64,000 nucleotides of DNA from an uncultured Spirochaetales bacterium (GTDB lineage Bacteria > Spirochaetota > Spirochaetia > SPDA01 > CAZSGZ01). Shown one piece after another: positions 17,795-28,388 of this stretch (its first letter is position 1; every line of letters begins with the position of its first letter). The stretch is from positions 151-64,150 of the forward strand of contig CAYTSI010000005.1 of NCBI GenBank assembly GCA_964440465.1. The letters run 5' to 3'. A model generated the notes under the pieces. That model did no database searches and was not told the origin of the DNA. It was given only the letters and a program-made list of their open reading frames with translations. The translations under genes and the position numbers were made by a program.

Positions 17795-18769
17795 ATGATC
17801 ATATTTGAAATACTAAAGAAAAGTGAGGCTGATGTGAAACCAGTAATAACTGCATATGGCGAGGCCCTGTGGGACCTTCTGCCGGAAGGCCCGGTCTTAG
17901 GCGGGGCATTGCTGAATTTTACCTACCGGGCAAAGAGCTTAGGCGCTGACGCGGAATGTATCAGCAGGCTCGGTATGGACGATTTGGGGGACAGAGCTGC
18001 CGGAAAAATGAACGACTTGGGGTTTGATATGAATTATATTCAGAGGGACAGTGCTCACTCTACCGGGACGGTCCCAGTCAGTTTTGATGAACAGAAAAAT
18101 CCCAGCTATGTCATTACCCCGGAGGTTGCGTTTGATTTTATTGAAGACACGGAAAATCTTGAGGCCAGAATACAACAATCCGACTGCCTCTGCTTCGGGA
18201 GCCTTATTCAGCGCGCTCCGGTTTCGCGGGAAACCCTCTACAAACTGATCGAGCAATTCGGGGGCAGGTACCTGCTTTTCGATATCAATTTACGAAAAGA
18301 CTGTTATTCCTCCAAAACGGTGCGCACGTCCCTGGAAAAATGTCATATTGCGAAGCTCAATGAGGACGAACTGCATGAGCTTAAAGAATTAATTGGAATT
18401 TCCGGGAATTCAGTCCGGAAACTGACGCAATCCTGTGTTGAAACCTACGGTTTGACCTATTGTCTCGTAACTTTAGGAGACAAGGGGCTTTTTGCCGCGG
18501 CTGATTCGGGGACAGAGGTGTATGTTCCGGGTATTGTCGTCGACCTTGTCGACCCGATTGGTGCCGGGGACGCCTGTACGGCAGGGTTTATTTTTTCTCT
18601 CCTGCAGGACAGTCCTCTCGATTACGCGTGCAAATATGCCAATGCAATCGGTGCGGCGGTCGCGGAAACTTCCGGGGCCACCGGTTTTGTATCGAAAGAG
18701 CGGATCGAAGCGGTCCTCCGCGGTGGGGACTATTCGGAGCCTCATCCAGAATTTCGGAGGAAGTACTGA
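17795..18769 (+). CDS. PfkB-family carbohydrate kinase (fructokinase/ribokinase-like)
   Basis: C-terminal DPIGAGDACTAGF anion-hole/GAGD motif; ~320 aa. Confidence 0.75.
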   Translation: MIIFEILKKSEADVKPVITAYGEALWDLLPEGPVLGGALLNFTYRAKSLGADAECISRLGMDDLGDRAAGKMNDLGFDMNYIQRDSAHSTGTVPVSFDEQKNPSYVITPEVAFDFIEDTENLEARIQQSDCLCFGSLIQRAPVSRETLYKLIEQFGGRYLLFDINLRKDCYSSKTVRTSLEKCHIAKLNEDELHELKELIGISGNSVRKLTQSCVETYGLTYCLVTLGDKGLFAAADSGTEVYVPGIVVDLVDPIGAGDACTAGFIFSLLQDSPLDYACKYANAIGAAVAETSGATGFVSKERIEAVLRGGDYSEPHPEFRRKY

Positions 18770-18822
18770 ACTTTTAGTTGATTTTTTTGCGCTTTACTAT
18801 TATTATATCTCGAAACAACTAA

Positions 18823-19008
<186 letters not shown>

Positions 19009-19050
19009 CACTTTTACGTAAGCAGTGTTAAGCTGCATTTTGTATGAAAG

Positions 19051-19090
19051 CTGCTGCCGGCCGTTGGTGCCGACGGCAGCTTTTTGTTTG
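19051..19090 (+). terminator. Rho-independent terminator after ferredoxin gene
   Basis: gctgccg...cggcagc stem followed by tttttgtttg. Confidence 0.6.
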
Positions 19091-19120
19091 CCCGGCGAAG
19101 CCGGCAAACCTGCCGCGGTG

Positions 19121-19173
19121 GGGACAGAGCATGCCGATCGATGCCTAATTAATTCGTTGACAGGGGACAGAGC
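19121..19173 (+). repeat. Two same-strand copies of GGGACAGAGC 43 bp apart in intergenic region
   Basis: 19121-19130 and 19164-19173, between ferredoxin terminator and secreted-protein gene. Confidence 0.7.
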
Positions 19174-19203
19174 CGAAGGTAAACTTTTTTTAAGGAGTGT
19201 GGT

Positions 19204-19875
19204 GTGAAAAAAATACTAAGTGCTCTCGTGTTGTTGTTCTTTTGCCGCGTTTTTCCTGTTTTTTCCTTCAATCCGGAGGAACTGAACACAATTACCTTTC
19301 ATAATAATACAGGTTACGATATTTACTATATTTTCCTCTCCCCGGGAGACAGCGACTTTTGGGGGCCGGAGGTGCTCGGGGCCGACCGCGTCCTTGGCGC
19401 CGGGGAAAGCCTGGGGTTTTATATTCATTACCCCGATTTTTCGAACACTTTCGATATTATGGCCATCGATGACGACGGGTATACCTTTATTCTGTGGGAC
19501 TATGAAGTCTCCGACGATGCTCCGGCGGAACTGACTTTCGATTTTGAAGACCTTTTGGACGATCCTCCGGACCTGGAGTTTATTACACTCAATGTAACAA
19601 ATGAAACGGTGCCGGTTTATCTTCTTTTCGTATCTCCCGAAGATTCAAACATGTGGGGTGTCGATTTGCTGGATGAATATACCATTTTAGAATCGGAAAA
19701 ATCCTTCAGTGTTCTCGTTCCGGTGGGTGGGACTACAACAACCTACAACGTTCTGGCGGTGGACGAGGACATGGATGAATACATCTTTGATATTCACCTC
19801 AACACCCGCTATGCCGATTCCGAAGGGACCATGTACGAGGCCGTTACCCTGGATGATTTGGTTACCGGCTACTGA
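19204..19875 (+). CDS. Secreted protein with signal peptide and internal two-fold repeat, unknown function (GTG start)
   Basis: MKKILSALVLLFFCRVFPVFS signal; two similar ~85-aa acidic repeats; AAGGAG RBS. Confidence 0.5.
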   Translation: MKKILSALVLLFFCRVFPVFSFNPEELNTITFHNNTGYDIYYIFLSPGDSDFWGPEVLGADRVLGAGESLGFYIHYPDFSNTFDIMAIDDDGYTFILWDYEVSDDAPAELTFDFEDLLDDPPDLEFITLNVTNETVPVYLLFVSPEDSNMWGVDLLDEYTILESEKSFSVLVPVGGTTTTYNVLAVDEDMDEYIFDIHLNTRYADSEGTMYEAVTLDDLVTGY

Positions 19876-21944
19876 ACCGTAAGTTCTTTCAGCGGCTGCG
19901 GTTTCGATATTTCGTACCCCTGAGCGTAGTCGACACCGATTTCCGTTAGTTTTTCGAGGATCGTACTATTTCGAACAAATTCGGCAATTGTTTCTATTCC
20001 CATGACATGACCTAACGTGTTAATAGCTTCAACCATAGCTGAGTTGACGCTGTTTTCATCCATATCTTTTACAAAGGAACCGTCTATTTTGAGGTAATCG
20101 ACAGGCATATTTTTCAGGTAATTGAAAGAGGAAAAACCGCTCCCGAAATCGTCCAATGAAAATGTACATCCCATTTTTTTCAGCTCGTGAATAAACTGGC
20201 TTGCCGTGGTCATATTGCTGATGGTGACGGTTTCGGTTATTTCAAAGCAAAAGTTTTCCGGCGCCGCGCCGCTGCTGTGAAGCTGGTTCTGTATAAACTC
20301 GAGAAAATGCTCATCCGCCATACTTTCGGCGGAAAGATTGATGGAAAATACCTTTTTCCCGGCGCCGCCGTTCAACTTGTTAAACATCCCGACCGCTGTT
20401 TTCACGACCCAGCGGTCCACGAGGGGCATTAAATTGTAGCGTTCCGCGGCGGGAAGAAAATCGATCGGGGGGATTATCCCTCCGTTTTCGTCTATCATCC
20501 GGATGAGGACCTCCATTTTTTCCGACGTGCTGGCAACCGCGTGGGGCGAAATGGGCATAATCGTCTGATAGTAGAGCTCAAACCTGTCTTCTTCCAAAGC
20601 CTTGGTTAATCGGGTTACCCACTGCATTTCTCCGCGGCGCTGTTTAAATTGTTTGTCCGATGTTTTATAGACCCGGATCCGCCTTCCCCCCTCGTCTTTT
20701 GCGATGTAGCAGGCATCGTCGGCGGCGGCTAAAACCGAATGGATGTCTTCGCTTGTATCATCGATTACAACGAGGCCGATACTCGAGTGGATGTTGAACG
20801 CGTTCTGGCCCCATACCAGGCGCCGTTCCTTCAGCCGGTTCTGCAGCCGCTCGGCGATAATGTGGGCGGTTTCCTGGTCGGTGTTGTTCAGGACAATACC
20901 GAACTCGTCGCCGCCGAGCCGCGCGCAGATGTCACTGCTTCGAAATACGTTTTTGACAATTGCCGTAGTCTCGAGCAGCAGCTCATCTCCCGCGGCGTGG
21001 CCGATGGTGTCGTTTATCAGCTTAAACTGGTCGAGGTCGAGATAGATGAGGGCGTGCTGTGCCCCTTCTTTTTTCGCGGAATTGATAAGGCCCTTCAATG
21101 CCTGTGAAAAAGCGTCCCGATTTAAAAGGCCGGTAAGAGCGTCGTGGCTTGCCTGATAGGAAATTTTGTTCGACATCTCCCTCAGTTCCGAGATGTCCCG
21201 TACTGCTATTACCTGTCCCTCGATTCCCGATTGGCTGTCCCGGATACTGGCTACCGTACCTTCGACGGGGATCGTTTCGCCGTTTTTGTTCTTGATTACC
21301 GCTTCTTTGAAGAAAAATGTTCCCTGTTGAGGGTTTTTAACGTCGATATCGGGAAGCATAATCTCTTGCTTGGTATTTTCGTCATATATCTTTATCACCG
21401 ATGCAATATGCTTTGCTTTGGCTTCGGTTTCTTCGAGTCCCGTTATCGATTCCGCAACGGGATTCATGAATTCCACGTTCCGCTGATTGTCGGTTGCAAT
21501 TATCCCGTCGGCAATGCTGTGAAGAATAGCTGAAAACCGCCGTTCCTGCCGTTTCAGGGTTTTATCCACCTGGTATTTATAGATTGCTATATCAATGGTA
21601 GTGTAGAGTTCTTTTTCTTTAAAGGGTTTGAGAATGTAGCCGAAAGGTTCCGCTTCTTTCGCCCGGTTTAAGGTCTTTTCATCGGCATAGGCCGTGAGAA
21701 AAATGACGGGTATCTGGTTCCGGTCTTTAACGATTTTTGCCGCGTCGATACCGTCGATATCACCTCCGCCAAGCATAATGTCCATAAGAATGATATCCGG
21801 GTTAAGTTCCGCCGCTTTATCTATAGCTTCCTGTCCGGTAGTGCAGAGCCCGACAACATCGTAGTCGAATTTTTCCAAACGCCGCTGCAGGTCGAGGGAA
21901 ATTATTTTTTCATCTTCAACAATAAGAATTCGTTCTTTACTCAT
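19869..21944 (-). CDS. Response-regulator receiver-PAS-GGDEF-EAL protein (c-di-GMP turnover)
   Basis: N-terminal REC (ILIVEDE...D...LTAYAD), RLGGDEFGIV GGDEF motif, EAL-domain motifs (FEITET, DDFGSGFSS). Confidence 0.85.
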   Translation of the reverse strand: MSKERILIVEDEKIISLDLQRRLEKFDYDVVGLCTTGQEAIDKAAELNPDIILMDIMLGGGDIDGIDAAKIVKDRNQIPVIFLTAYADEKTLNRAKEAEPFGYILKPFKEKELYTTIDIAIYKYQVDKTLKRQERRFSAILHSIADGIIATDNQRNVEFMNPVAESITGLEETEAKAKHIASVIKIYDENTKQEIMLPDIDVKNPQQGTFFFKEAVIKNKNGETIPVEGTVASIRDSQSGIEGQVIAVRDISELREMSNKISYQASHDALTGLLNRDAFSQALKGLINSAKKEGAQHALIYLDLDQFKLINDTIGHAAGDELLLETTAIVKNVFRSSDICARLGGDEFGIVLNNTDQETAHIIAERLQNRLKERRLVWGQNAFNIHSSIGLVVIDDTSEDIHSVLAAADDACYIAKDEGGRRIRVYKTSDKQFKQRRGEMQWVTRLTKALEEDRFELYYQTIMPISPHAVASTSEKMEVLIRMIDENGGIIPPIDFLPAAERYNLMPLVDRWVVKTAVGMFNKLNGGAGKKVFSINLSAESMADEHFLEFIQNQLHSSGAAPENFCFEITETVTISNMTTASQFIHELKKMGCTFSLDDFGSGFSSFNYLKNMPVDYLKIDGSFVKDMDENSVNSAMVEAINTLGHVMGIETIAEFVRNSTILEKLTEIGVDYAQGYEISKPQPLKELTVQ

Positions 21945-22031
21945 AGATGCTTATCTTTTCCTTATTACGTTGTATAATATTACCATGATTATTGCAACAT
22001 CAATCTTAATAAATATATACTATTATATAAT

Positions 22032-23165
22032 ATGCAGTTTGTAAATAAAATAAATGTTATGGAGTTGCAAAAACGGGAGCGTCCACGGGAGGAAGATCTG
22101 CGGGGGGCCTTTTTCAGGGACACTACCGCTATTATTCACTCCTATCCTTTCCGAAGGCTGCGGCACAAAACACAGGTATTTTTTTCACCGAAAAACGATC
22201 ATATCTGTACGCGCATCGAACATGTCATGCATGTCGCGACTGTGGCGACCACCATCTGCAAAGCCTTGAAACTCGATACCGACCTGGCTTGGGCAATCAG
22301 CATGGGCCACGACTTAGGGCATACTCCCTTCGGGCATTCCGGCGAAAAAATTATCGAGAAGATGTTTGCCGACCGGGGAGGGTTCGCCCACGAACTCTAC
22401 TCCCTTCGGGTGGTGGACAAACTCCACAAATACGGAAAGGGAATGAACCTGACCTATGCCGTGCGGGACGGAATTGTTACCCACTGCGGAGAAAAGTTTG
22501 AGCAGTTTATTTCCCCCGACCACAGGGTAAAAGAACTTTCTTCCATTACCGACAGGGAGTCCTATCCGGCAACGTGGGAAGGGGCTGTTGTCCGGATGTC
22601 CGACAAAATTGCTTACTTAGGAAGGGACATGGAGGATGCCGTACGGCTGAATGTTATCACTCCGAAAGAGCTTCCCGATACTGTAGTACGGGTCTTAGGA
22701 ACGCGGAACAGCGATATTATTGACACCCTCGTACGTGACTGTGTAGCAACTTCGACAGCTGAGGGACAGATCGGGTTCAGCCCGCGGGTCTACTCCGCTC
22801 TTATCGATTTAAAAGATTTCAACTATGAGCATATTTATACAAGCAGGGCCCTCTCCCGCTATACAGCCTTCTTTGAAAGGATCCTTACGACATTGTTTTT
22901 GTATTTGGAGCGAATTTTTAAAGCTTACCGCTTTACATTTGCCGATTACCAGCGGGAGCATACAATTCTTGCCATCCGCTTTGGAGATTACCTGTCTAAA
23001 ATGCAGTCCTTCTACACCGCCGAGAGAGCGGGGGACGATCAGATAGTAATTGATTATGTAGCAGGAATGACCGACGATTACGCGATAGACTGTATAGAAG
23101 AGATTATGGTCCCAAAAGAGTTTGAACATTACGACAGAGAGCTGTACACAAAGTTGAATTTATGA
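22032..23165 (+). CDS. HD-domain dGTP triphosphohydrolase-like protein (alt. start MELQK at 22062)
   Basis: HD motif region HVMHVATVA...GHDLGHTPFGH. Confidence 0.65.
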   Translation: MQFVNKINVMELQKRERPREEDLRGAFFRDTTAIIHSYPFRRLRHKTQVFFSPKNDHICTRIEHVMHVATVATTICKALKLDTDLAWAISMGHDLGHTPFGHSGEKIIEKMFADRGGFAHELYSLRVVDKLHKYGKGMNLTYAVRDGIVTHCGEKFEQFISPDHRVKELSSITDRESYPATWEGAVVRMSDKIAYLGRDMEDAVRLNVITPKELPDTVVRVLGTRNSDIIDTLVRDCVATSTAEGQIGFSPRVYSALIDLKDFNYEHIYTSRALSRYTAFFERILTTLFLYLERIFKAYRFTFADYQREHTILAIRFGDYLSKMQSFYTAERAGDDQIVIDYVAGMTDDYAIDCIEEIMVPKEFEHYDRELYTKLNL

Positions 23166-23192
23166 TTTAATGCAGATATTAGAGGAAAATGA

Positions 23193-23561
23193 ATGCCGTT
23201 TAGTATTTTGGAAAAAGACAGGAAGACATTTGAATATTTTAAAAAATACGTTGAGTTTTTAGAGCTCGAGGAAAACACCTGTCTCATCCTTGACAACAAG
23301 ATACAATCCGAGGAAATCCAGGAGCATTTGCGCCGGACCGGTCATAACAGCGGAATGGATGGAAGGAAAAAAGAGATTATTTCACAGTGGATTAAAGAAA
23401 ATGCCCGTCCGTTCCGGGATTATCTGAACAGCATCAAACTTGCCTATGTCGTATGGAAATGCATGGGCAAAGAATGGTCCGAGATAACCTGGGAAGAGTT
23501 CTTCAAAATCGAAGAGCGCCTCAATTCCCTCAAGTACAAATGTCTCGATACGATTTTTTAA
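23193..23561 (+). CDS. Hypothetical protein
   Basis: 122-aa ORF, no recognisable motifs. Confidence 0.3.
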   Translation: MPFSILEKDRKTFEYFKKYVEFLELEENTCLILDNKIQSEEIQEHLRRTGHNSGMDGRKKEIISQWIKENARPFRDYLNSIKLAYVVWKCMGKEWSEITWEEFFKIEERLNSLKYKCLDTIF

Positions 23562-25399
23562 GAAAACATCATGCTGTTCACGTAATCGTCCATAAACTCC
23601 GGCGAAGATGACAATTCAATATATTCGGTCTGTTCACTCAGTGCCCCGCATTCCTGTAATTTTTCCCGGGACAGCAGCGCCATAATCGCGCCGGAGCCGG
23701 CTGCATTGCCGATAACTTCAATCTTGTTTTCCAGTTCTTTGGGAATAAGGCCGATATGTATTGCGTGATGTTTATCGATATAGCTGCCGAATCCGCCCGC
23801 GAGGAACACCCGTTCGATATCATGAACGCTCTTACCGGCGGTTTTCATGAGGGTGGTTATTCCCGCTGCAATTGAAGCTTTCGCGTTTTGCACCTCCCGT
23901 ATGTCCTTCTGGGTAAGAAGAATTGCATCGCCGTGGGACGTATCTTCAGCCTTTACCAAGGTGTAGGCGGTCTGTTTGTCGAGTTTGGTCAGGTTTTCCG
24001 CTAAATGCTTTCCGGTTTCGTTTTCTATATCATCGGCATCAACCATCCTGCCGGTTTCATCGATAATACCGGCATAGAGCAGGTTGGAAATGGCATCCAC
24101 AATTCCGGAACCGCAAATGCCTAAAGGTTTTTTATCGGCAATGGTAGTACAGGATATCGATGAATCGTGAAGGGCGACCGTATCGATTGCTCCGGCTATT
24201 CCTCCGACTCCGTCCCTGATGGTGGCGCCTTCAAATGCCGGTCCGGCCGCGGTGGAACAGGAAAGCAGCCGGTCCTTGTTTCCGAGCATAATTTCACCGT
24301 TTGTTCCGATGTCGATGAGGAGGCTCAAGCTTTCTTCTTTTGCCATTCCGCTGGCCAATGTAGCGGCGGTAATGTCCGCGCCGATATAGGCTGAAATCCC
24401 GGGCAGCAGATAGATCCACCCCTGTTCGGCAATGGCAATCCCCATTTCAGCCGCGGTTGTCCGCGTCATTTCCAGACTGGCGGGGATAAAGGGCGCCGCG
24501 GCGATATTTTTCGGAGGTATTCCCGCCGCGAGGTGCATCATGGTGGAGTTCCCCACGATGGTCATGCTGTAGATGCTCTTCCGGTCAATTGCATATTTGG
24601 AGACAAGCGAATCGATGAGGTCATTCAGCTGCCCGATAATGCCGTTGTGCAGTGTTTCCAAGCCCTGTTCATTCGTCATGGTGTGATTTATCCGGGCAAT
24701 AACGTCCTGTCCGTAACTTTTCTGCACGTTCAGGCCGGAGGCCACGCCGATTTTTTTCCCGGAAGTCATGTCTAAAAGATAGACGACCACGGTTGTTGTC
24801 CCGATATCCACCGCCAGGCCGTAATTGATATCTTCGGTGTTCCCCTGCTCGATGGTCAGAATCTGCGCGTCGTTGTAGACCGCGGTAGCGGAAAAACCGT
24901 TGTCCCGAAGCACCGAGGGCAGTTTTCCGATCTCATTCAGCGTAATCCTGTGGTCCGGCAGTTTGAGTTCGTCCCGAAGCCTTTTCAGGTCGTCCCGCTG
25001 GTCTTCTAAGGTCGGCTTGGAAAGGGAAACATATTTCTTTTTAATGCATGGGTTTAGATGTTCCCGAAACTCGCTGCTGTCCTCTAATATAACGATCTGT
25101 CCGGACTTGTCGTTTAAGGTAACGGTAATGTCTCCGGTTATCTGAGTAGAACAGGCAAGTCTGTATCCCCGGGCGAGTTCGGTTTCCGACAGTTTTTTCT
25201 TTTCAATTTCGGTAACGCCGGAAGCTCCGTCCCCCTCTACACGGACAAGGCATTTGCCGCAGGTCCCCCTCCCCCCGCAGGGTGTTTCGATAAACGACCT
25301 GTATTTTTCACCCACCGCTTCTAAAATCGTAGTTTCTTTTTTGCATGATACCGTTTCTGTTTCGTTTTCGGTAATAATGGTAACGTTGTATTCTGACAT
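23558..25399 (-). CDS. RACo-type ATP-dependent reductive activator of corrinoid proteins (2Fe-2S ferredoxin domain + ASKHA ATPase/DUF4445)
   Basis: N-terminal plant-type ferredoxin Cys pattern (PCGGRGTCGKC...C) followed by ~500-aa ASKHA-like domain (DIGTTTVVVYL). Confidence 0.7.
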   Translation of the reverse strand: MSEYNVTIITENETETVSCKKETTILEAVGEKYRSFIETPCGGRGTCGKCLVRVEGDGASGVTEIEKKKLSETELARGYRLACSTQITGDITVTLNDKSGQIVILEDSSEFREHLNPCIKKKYVSLSKPTLEDQRDDLKRLRDELKLPDHRITLNEIGKLPSVLRDNGFSATAVYNDAQILTIEQGNTEDINYGLAVDIGTTTVVVYLLDMTSGKKIGVASGLNVQKSYGQDVIARINHTMTNEQGLETLHNGIIGQLNDLIDSLVSKYAIDRKSIYSMTIVGNSTMMHLAAGIPPKNIAAAPFIPASLEMTRTTAAEMGIAIAEQGWIYLLPGISAYIGADITAATLASGMAKEESLSLLIDIGTNGEIMLGNKDRLLSCSTAAGPAFEGATIRDGVGGIAGAIDTVALHDSSISCTTIADKKPLGICGSGIVDAISNLLYAGIIDETGRMVDADDIENETGKHLAENLTKLDKQTAYTLVKAEDTSHGDAILLTQKDIREVQNAKASIAAGITTLMKTAGKSVHDIERVFLAGGFGSYIDKHHAIHIGLIPKELENKIEVIGNAAGSGAIMALLSREKLQECGALSEQTEYIELSSSPEFMDDYVNSMMFS

Positions 25400-25444
25400 A
25401 GGACATCCTTTCTTACATATAGAATTTTTAATATATTGATTAAT

Positions 25445-25720
25445 TTACATCGATTTTATCAATTGTTCAAGTCTGTTTTCGGTAATAATTGAACCGGCAC
25501 TGACCTGTTTTCCCCGAACAAGAAGGGCGGGAAACTGATGAATTTCAACACCGGGTACCGTGCATTCTTCATCCGCCCGGAGTTTTACATGATTTATTTG
25601 TATATCGGGATGTTTGGTCTGTATCTCACGCAATACTTCACGAACAATTTGATCGCTAATTGTGCAGGAAGCGCAATGCTGGTCTTTTGAAACAAGGGTA
25701 ATGGTAACAGGTTCAGCCAT
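25445..25720 (-). CDS. Small thioredoxin-fold redox protein (CxxC)
   Basis: 91 aa, HCASC motif and FPALLVRGKQVSAG resembling small redox-active disulfide proteins. Confidence 0.45.
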   Translation of the reverse strand: MAEPVTITLVSKDQHCASCTISDQIVREVLREIQTKHPDIQINHVKLRADEECTVPGVEIHQFPALLVRGKQVSAGSIITENRLEQLIKSM

Positions 25721-26651
25721 TTCCTTCTATTGTACACGCTTTAATGCTTTGCGCAAGAGATTCTTCGCTGATGCTGCCGCGGATAAGGACGATTTTGCTG
25801 CTGTTTGCTTCGAGAAGCGCGGGAACAGGGGGTTTTTCGGAATAGACGCCGTCAATAATTTCAAAGTACTTCGGACCTTCGGGAAAGCGGAGGACCCCTT
25901 TGCCACGGAGTATTTCCGGTTGTATTTTTTTAATATACGCCTCCCATTTCCCCCGGTCGAGGAGGGCTTTCAGTTCAATACTGAAAGAGAAAAAATTATC
26001 CGGCGGTGTATCGCTGCATTTTTCGGGGACATCCTTCTGCCGCGGCGCGATTTCTTCCAGTGCGTCCCGGGAAACTTCCCCGAAACGGGCGGGAAAGATG
26101 GGGGCGGATTCATTATGTTCCCGCAGAAGCTTTTCCGTTTCTTCCAACCGCTCCGGCGTTACCGTGTCGACTTTATTCAGAATAAAGGCGTCGGCGTATT
26201 CTGCCTGGATCTGTACCGCCTCTAAGGTGGCCTCGACTTTATGAAAATTCGCCGCGTCGATAACACAGAAATTCTGTTCCAGTGATATCAGCTTATCGAG
26301 CCCGTCGAGGCGCATCATGGCATACATATCATCCACCCGGGCGATCCCGGTTGCTTCGATAAGGAGAAAATCGGGCCGCGTCTTCTCCGCTATGTTTTTC
26401 AGCTCCGCGATAAAATCGGTGCGCATGCATACGCAGAAAATGCTGCCCTTGTTGAGTTCGATTTTGTAAAAATCGCCCTCCCGTACCAGGGCGCCGTCAA
26501 TCCCGATGGACCCGAACTCATTAATCATCACCGCGAGTTTTCCGCCCCGGGTACTGTACCATTCGATAAGCCGGTTAATAAGTGTCGTTTTCCCGGCGCC
26601 TAAGAACCCCGTAACCAGGACGGTTTTAATTAGAGGATAGCTTTGATCCAT
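25713..26651 (-). CDS. CobW/COG0523-family metallochaperone GTPase
   Basis: VTGFLGAGKTTL P-loop, CVC metal-binding motif, ~310 aa. Confidence 0.75.
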   Translation of the reverse strand: MDQSYPLIKTVLVTGFLGAGKTTLINRLIEWYSTRGGKLAVMINEFGSIGIDGALVREGDFYKIELNKGSIFCVCMRTDFIAELKNIAEKTRPDFLLIEATGIARVDDMYAMMRLDGLDKLISLEQNFCVIDAANFHKVEATLEAVQIQAEYADAFILNKVDTVTPERLEETEKLLREHNESAPIFPARFGEVSRDALEEIAPRQKDVPEKCSDTPPDNFFSFSIELKALLDRGKWEAYIKKIQPEILRGKGVLRFPEGPKYFEIIDGVYSEKPPVPALLEANSSKIVLIRGSISEESLAQSIKACTIEGNG

Positions 26652-28249
26652 TCCTTAATAACCTCTTTGTCGATTACCTTTCCGAAAGATTTGAGTTCTT
26701 TTTTAACGGAAATGACCGCCGGCAGTTTTTTTACCTTTAAATCGCGGATTTCGTCGGTATCATTAACCCGTTCGATGGTAATATTGCTTCCCAGTTCCCG
26801 CTGGGCCCTGTTGATGTTGTCGAGCAGCTCCATCGATTCGTCGGAACCGTCGTCTATAACGATCAGTTTCGAGTCGGCCCGCTTAATCCGCGCCCGTTCA
26901 ATCATCCTCTTGTAGACGGCATGGACTAAGTCTTCCCGTTTCGGGATTTGGCTGATAAAAGCAACCTGCCCGTCGATACAGATGGTGGGCACTTTTTCCA
27001 CATGCAGAGCCTCCATCAGTTCGATGGATTCCTTTGTTTTAATTTTATGTTCCCGCCATTCGACCACCCCTTCGAACTCCGGCGCGATTTCCTGCACGCT
27101 TTCCACCATGTACTGACAGGGGGCGCAGGATTCGGAGTCAAGGGTTATGATATCAACCTTGATTTTATCCAGGCCGCCGTAATCGGACATGTCCAGGTCG
27201 GAATGTTCGGCCACCTCTGTCCCCACTAACTCCATGGCAACCTGAAGCTTGTAATCGTCCTTCAGCATTTCCGAAACGGCGATAATGTTTTCCTTCGGTA
27301 CGCCGAAGGGAATATCGCATCCCGGGGCGAGGATAAATCCCGTTTTTCCGCCGGTCTGCAGGCATTCCGCCGCGTGCCGGAGGTTGTCCTTTTCATCCCC
27401 GAAGAGCATGATCGTTGTCAGGCGCATATTGCCGCCGAAGGAAACGTTGTATTTTTCAGCGGTCTCCCGAACGTAATCGAGGGGAATGTTTTCATCAATT
27501 GATACATTGTCGGGCCTGCATTTACACATGGCCTCGACATTTTTCTGGGCGTGGCCGCATACAAAAAAGGATGAGTAGGTGTTTTCCTCCCGAATATGGG
27601 AAAAAATGTCGGAGCAGTATTTTGAGACGTAGGTCCCGAAATCTTTCGGGCTTATCTGGCTTGTCATAGGATCGACAACCGCAATCACATCGCAGCCGTT
27701 TTTTATGTAGTAGGAAGCCATTTTTTTCCCAATTTCCGTACCGAATCGCATTACCTCATGGACTTTCTCCGGATTATCGTACATTTCCATAAAGATTTCC
27801 GGCCCTAACAGGTGCAGTGACAATGTAAAGGGCCCTGTTATCAGGCCGTACAGGGCCACTTCGGGGTATTTCTCCCGGATCTTCCGGGTAACTTCCATAA
27901 TCATCGGAATACGACCCTTGGTTTCATTCAATTCCGGAAGGTCCTCCAGTTTTTTTCCGCCTGTAAGGGCGTGGCTGGATACCGCCGGCGGATTGTCCCG
28001 GGCCCAGATCAGGTCGCAGCCTAAAATTTCCGCTTCCACCTGCAGGTCGAAAATGACCGGGATCCCGTCGGGCCGGTAGGTGTCAACTGCCGCGGAAATG
28101 CCCGCGATCATATTGTCTTTGCTTTTTAAAAACTCCTCGGCCCCCATTCCCAGAAGGGCCGCCGCGTGCACCCCCACAAAGGGGACATAGGGTACACGGA
28201 GGGTCTCTTTATTTTGAATAGCTGTTACTACGAGTTCTTTACCTGTCAA
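26630..28249 (-). CDS. URO-D-family (MtaA/MtbA-like) methylcobamide:thiol methyltransferase fused to C-terminal thioredoxin-like domains
   Basis: N-terminal ~340 aa uroporphyrinogen-decarboxylase-like fold as in corrinoid:CoM/THF methyltransferases; C-terminal CAPC ... VPTICIDG thioredoxin-fold motifs. Confidence 0.6.
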   Translation of the reverse strand: MTGKELVVTAIQNKETLRVPYVPFVGVHAAALLGMGAEEFLKSKDNMIAGISAAVDTYRPDGIPVIFDLQVEAEILGCDLIWARDNPPAVSSHALTGGKKLEDLPELNETKGRIPMIMEVTRKIREKYPEVALYGLITGPFTLSLHLLGPEIFMEMYDNPEKVHEVMRFGTEIGKKMASYYIKNGCDVIAVVDPMTSQISPKDFGTYVSKYCSDIFSHIREENTYSSFFVCGHAQKNVEAMCKCRPDNVSIDENIPLDYVRETAEKYNVSFGGNMRLTTIMLFGDEKDNLRHAAECLQTGGKTGFILAPGCDIPFGVPKENIIAVSEMLKDDYKLQVAMELVGTEVAEHSDLDMSDYGGLDKIKVDIITLDSESCAPCQYMVESVQEIAPEFEGVVEWREHKIKTKESIELMEALHVEKVPTICIDGQVAFISQIPKREDLVHAVYKRMIERARIKRADSKLIVIDDGSDESMELLDNINRAQRELGSNITIERVNDTDEIRDLKVKKLPAVISVKKELKSFGKVIDKEVIKEWIKAIL

Positions 28250-28388
28250 TATATTCTCCTTACATATGAATATACAAAAATTGCCGCTCTGGAGAAAGGA
28301 TGATCTTTCTAATTTTTGTAATTCCTCTTCCTCCGTCCCCTCATTTATGGTATTTTAGCTGTGGACCCGCAAAATAGAAGGAGAAGAT

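Noticed and set aside
28250-28388. Possible SAM or cobalamin riboswitch upstream of the homocysteine S-methyltransferase gene
   Set aside because: Region is only ~138 nt and lacks the conserved B12-box (gccactg) or SAM-I core sequences; only a small hairpin is visible.
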